A DNA stretch of 63,704 nt, counting the filler, from Globobulimina sp. (taxonomy: Eukaryota): assembly GCA_003354225.1 (NCBI GenBank). It is 18 parts of 18 records of this genome, joined end to end, with 100 filler letters (N's around TTAATTAATTAA, not from the genome) between each part and the next. Parts side by side here need not be neighbours in the genome. Positions count along the whole stretch, not along the records: positions 46,091 to 49,534 come from PIVH01002779.1; positions 49,635 to 53,077 come from PIVH01002780.1; positions 53,178 to 56,620 come from PIVH01002781.1; positions 56,721 to 60,162 come from PIVH01002782.1; 14 more parts are not named here. One strand, given 5' to 3'. This document shows, piece by piece, positions 46,091 through 57,314 of this stretch. How positions within the stretch are numbered: the stretch's first letter is position 1; every line of letters begins with the position of its first letter. A program made the translations under genes and the position numbers. The notes under the pieces were generated by a model. The model was not told where the DNA came from. It worked only from the letters and a program-made list of their open reading frames with translations, and made no database searches.

Positions 46091-47671
46091 TTTGAAGTGG
46101 TTGGCGACAAATGCAAATTCTTAGATATCCAGAAATTAAAATTACAAGAATCGCCCGAAGACATTCCAACGGGCGAAATGCCACGCCATATCTGGCTATT
46201 TTGTGAACGAAATTTAGTAAACATGGTGAAACCCGGCGGCCGCGTCAACATCATCGGTATTTACAAAATATTCTCACAGAACAACAACCGCAACAATAAG
46301 GACAACAGAGATCGATATTCGGCGAGTGTACGAAAGCCATATATCGAAGTAATCGGCATTGAACAGGTTAACTTAACTCAGAGCCGTGGCAGATTTACTG
46401 CGGAGGAAGAGGAGGAAATTCGTGACTTGTCGCGCTTGCCCAATATACATACTATCATTCAAAATTCCATCTCGCCGGCGATTTGGGGCAATCACAATAT
46501 CAAATTAGCGATCGCAGCTTTGTTGTTTGGTGGTTCTCGCAAAGCGTTGCCAGGTAATATGAAGTTACGTGGCGATATAAACGTGTTGTTGTTGGGTGAT
46601 CCGTCTGTTGCGAAGTCGCAATTTCTTAAATTCGTTTCTCAAGTGGCACCCATTGCAGTGTATACGAGTGGTAAAGGCTCGTCCGCTGCGGGTCTGACTG
46701 CCTCAGTCATTAAAGACCCCGGAACCGGCGAGTTCCACTTGGCTGCCGGCGCCATGGTATTGGCGGACGGCGGCGTTGTATGTATTGATGAATTTGATAA
46801 GATGCGCGAGTCGGATCGTGTCGCTATCCATGAAGCTATGGAACAGCAAACGATCTCGATTGCAAAAGCCGGGATAACGACGATATTAAACAGCCGATCG
46901 TCGGTCTTAGCGGCAGCAAATCCGATATTTGGCCGTTACGATGAAATGCGGACAACGTCGGAAAACATTGATTTTGAGACTACTATTTTGTCGCGCTTCG
47001 ATTTGATATTTATTATTCGCGATATAAAAGACATAAATCGGGACACTCGCTTAGCGCATCATATCATGGGTTTGCATATTAACGTGAATGGCAATAAAAA
47101 GGACGAGGATGAAGAGAATGAGCATATATCGCCAGACTTATTAGGCAAATATGTGTCTTATGCACGACACAAAGTGCATCCCCGAATAACCAGGAAAGCG
47201 GCGGACGTGTTGCAAAATCATTATGTTACGTTTCGAAGAGAGACGAAATTGTTGGCGCAGCAAACTGGAGAGTTGTCTGCCATTCCTTTGACAGTGCGAC
47301 AGTTGGAGTCGTTGATCCGGATCGCGGAGAGCTTGGCAAAGATGCAGTTGTCGCCAGAGGCGAATGAGGAGCACGTTAAAGAGGCCGTGCGTTTGTTTAA
47401 AGTGTCGACGTTGAAAGCCGCAAAGGAAGGGGTTGGCGGCGCCGATATGGGCGGCGGGAATGGCGAAATTGCTGAAAAAGTGCAGAAAGCGGAAAGAAAT
47501 ATTAAAAGGAGGTTGCCGATTGGTTCGAAAACAAATGTTCAGAAATTAACACAGGAAATGGGGCGGAGGAATTTAAGCGAAGCTGTCATTAAGAAAGCAT
47601 TGAATATTATGCATGCGAGAGGAGAGATTGAATTTAGGGCGAGGAGGAGACAAATTTATAGATTAAAATGA
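46091..47671 (+). CDS. MCM5: DNA replication licensing factor MCM5, 5' truncated
   Basis: QESPEDIPTGEMPRH, LRGDINVLLLGDP, IDEFDKM, AMEQQTISIAKAG, ILSRFD. Confidence 0.95.
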   Translation, partial: FEVVGDKCKFLDIQKLKLQESPEDIPTGEMPRHIWLFCERNLVNMVKPGGRVNIIGIYKIFSQNNNRNNKDNRDRYSASVRKPYIEVIGIEQVNLTQSRGRFTAEEEEEIRDLSRLPNIHTIIQNSISPAIWGNHNIKLAIAALLFGGSRKALPGNMKLRGDINVLLLGDPSVAKSQFLKFVSQVAPIAVYTSGKGSSAAGLTASVIKDPGTGEFHLAAGAMVLADGGVVCIDEFDKMRESDRVAIHEAMEQQTISIAKAGITTILNSRSSVLAAANPIFGRYDEMRTTSENIDFETTILSRFDLIFIIRDIKDINRDTRLAHHIMGLHINVNGNKKDEDEENEHISPDLLGKYVSYARHKVHPRITRKAADVLQNHYVTFRRETKLLAQQTGELSAIPLTVRQLESLIRIAESLAKMQLSPEANEEHVKEAVRLFKVSTLKAAKEGVGGADMGGGNGEIAEKVQKAERNIKRRLPIGSKTNVQKLTQEMGRRNLSEAVIKKALNIMHARGEIEFRARRRQIYRLK

Positions 47672-47775
47672 TACATACAATTTATAGATATTCTTGACTA
47701 TTTCTCTGTTTTTGGGTTATTTATTCGTTATAAAAATTAAACTTCTTTTTTTCTCACTTCACTTTACTTAAAACC

Positions 47776-49534
47776 ATGGATGACGCCGACGGCATTATTA
47801 TCCCTATTTTGCGTAGTATCGGCTGTCAAATTGCCCAAAATATTAAATCCGCAGCACAATTTGATGCGCAACTGTTAGTCTATGCATTGGCAAAATGTTT
47901 GCATAGAATCGACGAGCAAAAATATGACAAAATCTCTGACAAATTACCCACTTCGATTGCTAAAAGAGTGCAAACCGGCACCTTAATCGCCAATGCCTTC
48001 AAAAGTCTAAACTATCGCGGCGAGGTTGGCTATGATAAGATAATATATCCAAACGAGAAGGACACGCGCTCCTTATTACGTTTCATGGTCCAACGACTGC
48101 CCAAAGCGGGCGATAAGAAACGCGGTGGTCACGATGACGATGATCCGGATGAAGTTATGGAAGAGGGACAAGCCTTGAATATTCGCATAAGGGATAGCTT
48201 AAAAGATTGGATCAAAAGTAAATATTCCTTCTTGTCGTTAGCCAGCAAAGCCTCCCAATTCAGAACCACGCCCTTAGATTATCCGCATGCTCCCATTCAC
48301 GAAGCCAGCAGCAAATCGCGCGTGAAATACTGCAAAAGTTCCTGTTTGAATTATATCCCTTCGCAGTTGGCCGACTATGAATGGTTTATCCCCTCCATTT
48401 TAGCAGACAATCACAAGGAATTTCTGGTGGAACAGTCCAAAACATACATTTTTGACGAACAAGACTCTGATTTGATTGGCGAGATATTCGGTGACATGAA
48501 AGAATATGAGGATGACATGAGTTTGTCCGCTATTTTTGGTAAATGCATTTCTGCGGAAATGTCCACTGCCAAACAGGAGATGAAAAAAAATGCACATGTT
48601 CGCGGCCAAAATGAGCGCTTTGAAAAGGCGAAAAACAATCAGTTGAACTCTGCGTTTATTTTGCAGAAAAATTATACGCAGCAACAAGCGGAACATGCAC
48701 AAGCTGTGGACGACAGTGGCAAACTTGTGCGGGTCGACATTACTGGAGCTGAGGTGGAACATTTTGACGAGGAACAAAAGGAAGAGAATCGGAAACAGGA
48801 ACTGGATCACGCCAAGTCGCAGATTGTCAAATTGCAGCAACGTTTGAAAAACATGGACGTTGAGATTGAAAAACAAGAAGAATCGTTTGTGAGTAAAGCG
48901 AGAGAATTGGAAGAAAACAAGAAGGAATGTCTCGAGTTGCAGAAAACGTGCATTACAAAGAAGAAAACACTCGATTTGATACCCAATGCACAGGAAAACC
49001 TGAAGAAATTGGCGAAAATTGTAGTGAGTTCGCAGCAGAGATACGACAAAATTGCGGCAGCGTGGCAGGACAAAAAAAATGAGTTTTTGGAAGAGTTTAA
49101 TTTGAAAAAAGATGAGATGGAGCTGCGGAAACAGAGAGCGAATGATTTGCTGTCGGATATCAAAAATATGAGGAAGGAAATGAGAGAGTGTGCCAATGAG
49201 ATCAGAGAGAAGGAGCAGATGGTCAATAAAATGGTGTCCAAATTGAATAAATTGCCAAAGACCATCGACAGACAAGTTTATGTGGACCGCATTTTGGGCG
49301 TTGTGCAAAACTTAGAAAATCAGAATAAACAAATCAAGCAGATATTGGATGATGTGGCGGAGTTTCAGAGAGCGTCTAATTTGGTGTTGGATAAATCGAA
49401 AAGGACATTTGGTGTGGTCGACAATTTGGTATTTACGGCTGCTTCCAATCAAAAAGAAATGTCAGCCAAACGACAGTTAAATCAGATCTATCGACAAGTC
49501 ATTTCAATGAGGGAGTATTTTGATAGTTTGGTGG
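47776..49534 (+). CDS. CCDC22: CCDC22 (CCC/Commander complex), 3' truncated
   Basis: MDDADGIII..LRSIG, LNYRGEVGYDKIIYPNEKDTRSLLRFMVQRLP, long coiled coil, DRQVYVDRILGVVQNL. Confidence 0.88.
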
Positions 49535-49931
49535 NNNNNNNNNNNNNNNNNNNNNNNNNNNNNNNNNNNNNNNNNNNNTTAATTAATTAANNNNNNNNNN
49601 NNNNNNNNNNNNNNNNNNNNNNNNNNNNNNNNNNTATTACGTCTTCAAAATATTGTCAGATGTATACAAATGGAAAGAATAAATAATTAAGTTTCTTGTC
49701 AAGAACCGCGAAAATATGATTAAAGTGTTTAAATATGCATTGCTAATCGATTCATGACATAATATTTGGTATTTCCATTTTTTTTGACAATTTTTGACAA
49801 TTTGACAATCTTGGTCGTCTAAAAACGCCTTTCTAGTATGTTCAAAAGTACTTCAAAGTAGATGGTCAAATTATGCTGTTTTTCCCAACTGTGAGGCAGT
49901 ACACGGAATGTTGGAAAAGTAAAAATCAGAT

Positions 49932-50049
49932 TCACTGCGCAGACACAACTATTGAGCTAATTTTCATTGTGGCGATCAGACTTCACTTTTGGAGTTAATC
50001 GCTCTCCACAATAAATTAGCTCAATAGTTGTGTCTGCGCTCTGCAGTGA
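49932..50049. repeat. 118-nt fold-back inverted repeat (MITE- or pre-miRNA-like)
   Basis: Perfect 27-bp arms at 49937-49963 and 50013-50039, plus inner and outer pairing. Confidence 0.9.
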
Positions 50050-50133
50050 GTGATCTGCAGAAAAAACACCATTAAATGCATGATCTGTCCTTATAGATTT
50101 TCATAATGTGTTTTGAATTATGGTTCATTCCGA

Positions 50134-50715
50134 TTACAACTTTGAATATTCAGCATTGACTGGCAATTTATCAGCAAATCTAGGATCTAACCATCCTTTG
50201 CTAGGAACATAATTGCATTCCCATCGAATACCATCAAAATCCTCAAATAAAATGGAATAATATCCAGGAGCCCAAATTCCGTTTTCCGGTCCACGGATTA
50301 TGTTAATTTTTGTTTTATTATTTACATCGCAATTAAAATCCATCAAAAAATTATATGTTTTAACTACATCCTCATTTGATCTCAATCTGAAACAACTGTG
50401 ATGTAAACCAATTCTCCTTTGATTAAATTGCTCATTTTCAAATTGTGCACCACATCTTGACAAAGCAACACCTGTTCTACCTCCGACCTGATACAATGTA
50501 TCTTTGTTATCAAAGACAATGGTCATTCCGAACAATCCATTCAACCATTTCTTATAAAATATCACTGACTCATTCCAATGTTTACAGGATACTGACAATT
50601 GAATATGCGCCATGCCATTGGGATCTACCCCACCATTGCTACAATGAGCAACATGCAATGAATTTAATGGCTTCATTGGCTTCGACATGCGGCCAAATGT
50701 TAACAAACGAGACAT
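50134..50715 (-). CDS. VOC/glyoxalase-family protein with C-terminal PTS1 (SKL)
   Basis: GMAHIQLSV, FNQRRIGLHHSCFR, WAPGYYSILFEDFDGIRWE, terminal YSKL. Confidence 0.88.
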   Translation of the reverse strand: MSRLLTFGRMSKPMKPLNSLHVAHCSNGGVDPNGMAHIQLSVSCKHWNESVIFYKKWLNGLFGMTIVFDNKDTLYQVGGRTGVALSRCGAQFENEQFNQRRIGLHHSCFRLRSNEDVVKTYNFLMDFNCDVNNKTKINIIRGPENGIWAPGYYSILFEDFDGIRWECNYVPSKGWLDPRFADKLPVNAEYSKL

Positions 50716-50838
50716 TTTTTCTTAAGAACAATATAGAATCAACAACTTAAACGACACACAAGTGACACAAATCCATTCTCCAATTATTGCTTGCATGGTC
50801 CATGAATGTAACAGAAAACTCAACGACAACAACAAACT

Positions 50839-51552
50839 TCATCGATATCGTTCAGAGTATTTCACCAAATGAACACAACAATTACCAGCTCTCCCATCCA
50901 TAGAAACAGCCATTTTATATTTTGTATCACTTGGAATTTGATCAAAGGCAATTTTATATTTATATTCATTTTCATGATCATCACTTGCTGACTCAATCCA
51001 CTCTGAATCAATCACAAAATAAGATAATATGCCATATGCTGTCTTTTTTGAGAAATCTAGTTTCATATAAACATAATCGCCGCGCCAATACATTGTACTG
51101 TATTGTTCTCCTAACATCGATTTATGTGAATATATCCTACCATTCCCGCCACAAAATGAATAATTTTTAGCCTGCGACTTTCCAGAAAAATCAGTGTTGA
51201 GCAGCAATGAGTCATATTCATTAATTCCGATGCAAATACTTCCTTTTTTATTTTTAATAAGAAACTTCCAAATATACACTTTGTTGAATATTGGATTTAA
51301 TATAACTTCGCCGTATGCTGTATTCCATGAGTTTTGCCTAACATTATTTTTTAAAATCGCCCTATTATTTGATTGAATTTTAATTTGATTGCCATAACAT
51401 TCAAAATAATCCTCACGTTGAATCAATCCAAAAAATAATGCACATAAAGTTTTAATTACATTTGGAATTGTTTTATCTGCACTGATATGCTTACCATCCT
51501 TTAGGTTTTTAATGTATCCAAATATTAAATATGTGGTATCATCGGCTGACAT
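50839..51552 (-). CDS. SPRY/B30.2-like protein with N-terminal LIFGYI..IPxxI motif
   Basis: YIWKFLI, ICIGI, GDYVYMKLDF, YKMAVSM. Confidence 0.82.
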   Translation of the reverse strand: MSADDTTYLIFGYIKNLKDGKHISADKTIPNVIKTLCALFFGLIQREDYFECYGNQIKIQSNNRAILKNNVRQNSWNTAYGEVILNPIFNKVYIWKFLIKNKKGSICIGINEYDSLLLNTDFSGKSQAKNYSFCGGNGRIYSHKSMLGEQYSTMYWRGDYVYMKLDFSKKTAYGILSYFVIDSEWIESASDDHENEYKYKIAFDQIPSDTKYKMAVSMDGRAGNCCVHLVKYSERYR

Positions 51553-51607
51553 TGTCTATGTTCAGAGGTTTTTTTAAATCCAAAAAAAAAGTCTTTTAAT
51601 AGCAACA

Positions 51608-52937
51608 ATGCCACCTTATACCAATAGATGTAAATCAACACTTGATACATCAGCATATTATTCGAAAAAACTATTGTCCGCCTTCTGGGATCCATATATA
51701 ATTAACATATTAGCATTTCTATTCCTATTCTGTCCCATATTCATTTGTGCAATAATATTCTTCCCCATTTACTTAACAGCATGCAAAGTAATAATAAATT
51801 CTTGGACATTTTGCTTAAAACAACACAGATTAGTTTTAATCTCAAATTACAGATTAAAAGGTATCCGTGGCGTCATATTGGATTCAACTTTAATTTACGG
51901 ACTGCAGTCATTTATGATAATATTCCTCTCAATTGATTTATTATTGTTTCCTAAAATCACTTCCATCAAAGTGAAATCACCCGTATTTATCACCGGATGC
52001 GCCCGCAGTGGGACCACATTCACGCATCGAATATTAACCACACCAGCACCAAACAAACGGATCTCTTCCAATTTAATGGCAGATTCGCCATTTGTTATTC
52101 ATGCGTTATGGGAAATATTATGTCCATCCCTCACCTTAAAATATGCACTGTCTCCCATCGTGCACATCATTGATAAAATAATCCCATATTTTTATGGTGC
52201 AGATGTGTTGCGAGGTGCTTATGATTTGAAGCTAAATTCTGAAGCAGCTGAAGAAGGTTTATTTGCAATGCATTGCATGGCTGGCGATTTTTGGGTGGAA
52301 TTTCTAGCGGTTGGTTTCTGGCCAGATTTGAGCACCAAATATATTGGAATTGGCGTGAAACGACATTGGCGAAACACGCACGTTGTGTTATTAAAAGCGT
52401 TGCTACAAAGACAAATACATTGGACTGGGAAGACACAAATTGTTGCAAAATCGCCATCGTTATGTTGGTTTTTGCCAGATATTTTGTATGCTTTTCCCGA
52501 CTGTAAAATATTATTATTAGTACGGGATCCGTATGAGATGATATGTAGTAATTTATCATTGTTTGACGAAACATGGAGCACAATATATGGCAACAAATAT
52601 ATGGCGAAGCGGTATATGGCTGCGTATAAAGCAGTCAAACAGATATCTCAAAGTGTTGAATGACGGGAATAACAAAAATAGAAATATATTGGTTGTGCGC
52701 TATGATGATATTAAAAATAATTTGTTGCGTTGTTTTGAGAAATGTATGGAACACTGTGAATTGAAGGCATGCCATGAGACTCGAAAATGGATCAAAGAGA
52801 AAGAAAGTAAACAAATATCTCGCAAACGGAGACATAAAATACGTACAATTGCTTCCTATGATCTTGATCCACGCCAAACAAAGCAAAACTTTATGCAAGT
52901 GATTAAACGATGGAATTTTCAAACAGAATGGAAATAG
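51608..52937 (+). CDS. Membrane-associated P-loop sulfotransferase; frame change near 52610-52645
   Basis: PVFITGCARSGTTFTHRIL, KSPSL, LVRDPYEMICS; C-terminal ILVVRYDDI lies in the next frame. Confidence 0.82.
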
Positions 52938-53595
52938 ACTATTATTTAATAGACACAGTGTAGTAGGTCGAGCCTGGTTCTAGGGTTGAACTAAGGGTTT
53001 TTAAGTAAAGTTTTAAAGTAAGGAGTACCTAATAAGTTAGATACAATAAATCAAGAGGATTTAGGATAAAAGGTCAGNNNNNNNNNNNNNNNNNNNNNNN
53101 NNNNNNNNNNNNNNNNNNNNNTTAATTAATTAANNNNNNNNNNNNNNNNNNNNNNNNNNNNNNNNNNNNNNNNNNNNCGAAATTGGGGTCATGCCTATTC
53201 GTCTCTTTATAACCCAGTGCCTGACCGGTTCCTAATTCGGCTGGGGCTGTCTCGGCAATGTATTTTATGGATTGATTTGGTTGGATATTATTTATTCTTT
53301 ATTAAAAATTGGTATATGGATTTTTATCTATCTATTTTCCTCTTAATTCCTCTCTTTCTCAAATCTTATATATTTAAATAAAAAAACAAAAATAGCGCGA
53401 GCTGCTGGCCTGCCTTTTTGCTGCTGCTAGCTACAATTAATTGCAATTTCATAATCATCAAATTATAATTCCCTTTTGTTTGTACATGTTATATAAATAA
53501 GCCACAAAATCTTAAATCAGATACGTTTTGATTGTGTTTTTTTTGTTTTTTTTTGTGTTTTGTAATGTAAAATATAATATTATCAGAACGATGGC

Positions 53596-54453
53596 GTGCG
53601 ATGGATCGAATTGGTCGATAATAATAACAATAATAAATCATATATCCAGTGCGGACACGACGAAATTGTGTCATTATTATTTTGCACAATTTTAACAGAA
53701 CATGATGCACAAATTAAAAATCTAAAAACTAAATTACATCGCAATAATCTATCAATGCAGTCATTACAATCTGAAAATATTAACATTAAACAACAAAATG
53801 ATAAATTCCGAAATGTGTTAGAAAACAATATTGAACAAAAACAAATTGATAACCATGCATTAATTGCAAATAATGACTATATTAAGTCTCTGGAAACAGA
53901 GATACAAAGATTGCTTAATTTAATTAACGAGCTTCAAACACTCAAAAGTATAAACAATAACAATTCATATCCACCAACCACTGATATTGCAGTGGTAGAA
54001 CCAGACTCAATTGAGACCCTTTGTTTTATTAAAACAATTGAAGCATCGCTATTAGCCTCAAATTACAGCGATAATATGTATCAAATTACAGAAACTGCGC
54101 AATTTGTGGACAATGTAGATGTATATGAGAATGTTAATGAATTAACAGCGGAGATACAAAGATTAGAGATAGAAAATGCTGCATTGAGACACCAATTAAG
54201 CATGAAAAAAGAAAGAAATCCACATAATCAGGATACGGATAATGAAGTTGATGAAAAATGTGATACGGTAAATGAGAATGCAGAACCAATGTTGATTTAT
54301 GATGAATTTGATGAAGATGAGATAAACGAAATGGAACAATTATTTGAGAAATGTAACGCAGAGATATTGTGCCAAGAATCTGTTACTGACAAAAAAACTA
54401 AAGATTTGATGTGTATAAATCTGTTATCATGTTTTGCCAATGTGTATAAATAA
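53596..54453 (+). CDS. Coiled-coil hypothetical protein (start uncertain)
   Basis: Heptad-rich; repeated EIQRL motif. Confidence 0.55.
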   Translation: MRWIELVDNNNNNKSYIQCGHDEIVSLLFCTILTEHDAQIKNLKTKLHRNNLSMQSLQSENINIKQQNDKFRNVLENNIEQKQIDNHALIANNDYIKSLETEIQRLLNLINELQTLKSINNNNSYPPTTDIAVVEPDSIETLCFIKTIEASLLASNYSDNMYQITETAQFVDNVDVYENVNELTAEIQRLEIENAALRHQLSMKKERNPHNQDTDNEVDEKCDTVNENAEPMLIYDEFDEDEINEMEQLFEKCNAEILCQESVTDKKTKDLMCINLLSCFANVYK

Positions 54454-54685
54454 TGTGTACGTGTGACAGTGACTGCAGTGTGTAGTTGTTTTTGATTTAT
54501 ATGTTTTCACTTATTCTACTAGCTCGCATCAATTTAAAAGTTTCATGAAGCCATGCCCTCAGTGGAAATAAAATGTTTTTTTACTCGAGTCAGATCAGAT
54601 AATCATTCACGTGTCCCATAGTTCGCACAATCGCTCAACTTTAAACTAAACAAATTCATCTTACAATCAAGTATAGCAAATACAA

Positions 54686-55600
54686 ATGAATTATTCTTTA
54701 GCATTTATTGTGATGACTACATTTGCTATTCAATATTGCAATACCTCTGAATCTGATGATAAAGTATCGGAATTTAGTGACTGTACAGATTTTAGTTGTA
54801 ATTCGTATCATTCTGATTTTGGTGATGCTCGATTGAGCGTAGAATGTACTTTGGAAAAAGCACGGAATGAATCCAATATTACTGAATTTACCAGAATCCA
54901 TTACATGGTCGTTTCCGGACTCACTTCTTTTCATAAAGCAGTTCTGCTGAGACATGAAGTTTACCAGCATTGGCTCAAATGGATCGTGCAAAATAATTGG
55001 ATACGTCAGCTGGATGGTGATCGACATTCTGTGGATTTCCTAGCAATGTTCTGTTGTGCGATGAGGAGACAAAGCGGGCCGGCAATGAGAAGGAGGTATA
55101 GACGAATTCAGCATTACAAAGAAGATAGGCTGCAATCATTGGTGGCTAATTCTTCTTTACTGTCTGATCTGCATTGTATTTGCATGCAATCAAATCAAAC
55201 TTTTGTTGTTAAAGCAATACAATATTTTTTACATTATTTGTTTCGAGCATCTGATTTGGGTTTCAATTCCGATCAAATTTATGCAATATATCTAAGAATG
55301 TATGGAATACTGCAGGATCGAGAAAAAATATTGGCTGATGAGAAATGGATACATTTATGTTTCTGGCTTTCTTGTTTCGATCAAATCAAATCGGAAAATG
55401 GTTTTTGTGTTGCAATTCCAGCAAGTATTCACAAGCAACTTATGGTTAATGTTGTAACTCTCGGTGTGAACAGATCCATAATACACCGATTAATAGCACG
55501 CGATGAGAAACGCCACTTAACAACATCGATGCGATTGGTAGCACATGTTCACTTTTACAAACAGCTCAGAGAGCATCCTCTGCTCCAACTGATCCACTGA
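54686..55600 (+). CDS. Hypothetical secreted protein
   Basis: Signal-peptide-like MNYSLAFIVMTTFAIQYCNT; 304 aa, intronless. Confidence 0.6.
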   Translation: MNYSLAFIVMTTFAIQYCNTSESDDKVSEFSDCTDFSCNSYHSDFGDARLSVECTLEKARNESNITEFTRIHYMVVSGLTSFHKAVLLRHEVYQHWLKWIVQNNWIRQLDGDRHSVDFLAMFCCAMRRQSGPAMRRRYRRIQHYKEDRLQSLVANSSLLSDLHCICMQSNQTFVVKAIQYFLHYLFRASDLGFNSDQIYAIYLRMYGILQDREKILADEKWIHLCFWLSCFDQIKSENGFCVAIPASIHKQLMVNVVTLGVNRSIIHRLIARDEKRHLTTSMRLVAHVHFYKQLREHPLLQLIH

Positions 55601-56109
55601 TCCAATATATCATTTATAAGATATCATTCAATGTCTCAAATTCTCTAGCTCAGTAGTTCAGTACATCCCTTCTGATCCACTGATCACCACCAACAGCGTA
55701 ATAATATACCTACCTTAAATATCAATATATTATGCTGTGTTATGGAATTCCCATGCTTTTTATGGGTATTTATGGGTGTTTATGAGTATAATAATTTTAT
55801 GTAAGAGGTGATTTTGAAATGAATTTTTGGATATGTATATCTTGATAAATGTTTCGAAGGGACGTGAATCACTTTTTAGAACGCTTGCAGCTAAAGCCCT
55901 TCGGTAGTAAACACCTCCGAACTTAGTTAGTCTTTCTCTAATGTCTCATCTCTTCTCTAAGTCCACAAGATCAGTACATCCCTTCTGATCCACTGATCCA
56001 CCCCTTAAATATCAACTGATCAACTGATCAACTGATCCACTGAACCACTGAGCTAATGTTTCACATTCGCTAGCTCAGTAGTTCCGTATATCCCTTCTGA
56101 TCCACTGAT
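55586..56109. repeat. Dispersed direct repeats (TCAGTACATCCCTTCTGATCCACTGAT-like x3) and 8-bp ACTGATCM units
   Basis: Copies near 55645, 55971 and 56070; CAACTGAT tandem at ~56013-56050. Confidence 0.85.
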
Positions 56110-56180
56110 TTGCTTGGTTTGCTACAGCTGTACCTTGCTTTGAGTTTTTCAGTCTTTTGCAAAAAACCTTTAGACTTAGC

Positions 56181-56620
56181 ATGGGTGCTTGTTGTTCCAC
56201 AAAAGAGGAGACCTACGAAGTGATCCCATTAGACATATTAGAATTATCCAAACATCAATGCGAATATGACCTATCATCAAGTTGTTCTGTGACCTTCTAC
56301 CCGTCGCCACACATCAAAGAGGCCGAAGACTATGGCTCTGAAATGTTACCGCACGAATTATTCACTTCATCATCGCGTTTACACAATGTCTTATCAGAAA
56401 TAAAATGTAACAATTTAATCTCCTGTAACGACGATGATTTAATGATAATCCAACAAGAAAGCAAAATAAATCCATTCATCGAATGTGCCATCCGAGCCTG
56501 GACTGAACATTTCCCGCTGTCCATCTCGCCACAATCCATTTGGTTATTGATATTGCAGTCTGTGTCCATCTATATTTACAATAAAAAAGCCACCAATCCG
56601 TTACTCAAGAAAGATAAATC
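56181..56620 (+). CDS. DUF4419-like protein with MGxCC acylation motif, 3' truncated
   Basis: NPFIECAIRAWTEHFPLSISPQSIWLLILQ; N-terminal MGACCS. Confidence 0.72.
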
Positions 56621-57314
56621 NNNNNNNNNNNNNNNNNNNNNNNNNNNNNNNNNNNNNNNNNNNNTTAATTAATTAANNNNNNNNNNNNNNNNNNNNNNNN
56701 NNNNNNNNNNNNNNNNNNNNAATTTGATCCCGCACCACGGAGAGGCAAACCTTTGGTTCAGAAGAGAGTCCCGGACTATTTCTTATAAAATACCATTTAG
56801 TTACTTGTTTTTTGTTGTCAATTAAATTAAATAGTCCGTCAGTTAATTCATTTATTACTATTACTATTACTAATTACTAAAGTCGACATTACTAAAAACA
56901 CGTACTTTTTAGCACATTTTAGATCCTATGTATTGTTATCTCCTGATGTGCGAGGATAAATCTAAAAGATAATCCGTTTTCCACAAAACCGCATCTTTTA
57001 TATACAAACTGTGACATGTTTACAGATGTAAAAAAAAAAGCAATCCTTAATATGACCGCAGGAATCATATATCGGTAATATATATATGATCGGAGCATAC
57101 CGGTATATCTTATGATAATTTTGGAAAATGGGTATGAATTTTGAAAAAAAATTGTAAGTTGATCATGATAAGTACCAGATGCCAAAGTTTTATATTGTAG
57201 GCCAAACAGAAAAAAGTTGTTTTTCCTATTACAAGAACTTCAGTGTTGGATCATACTATCGGAAATATAAAATTGATGTACAATTTGTAAACACTGAACA
57301 TTAAATATCAGATA

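Noticed and set aside
48400-49308. 302-aa antisense ORF and the many other short shadow ORFs
   Set aside because: They lie antisense to or overlap clear genes (here the CCDC22 coiled coil) and have no motifs.
55645-56109. CRISPR array
   Set aside because: Only three degenerate repeats, very unequal spacers, eukaryotic context and no cas genes.
56721-56782. GC-richer stretch as the 3' end of an snRNA or RNase P/MRP RNA
   Set aside because: No diagnostic box could be matched and it is truncated by the contig edge.
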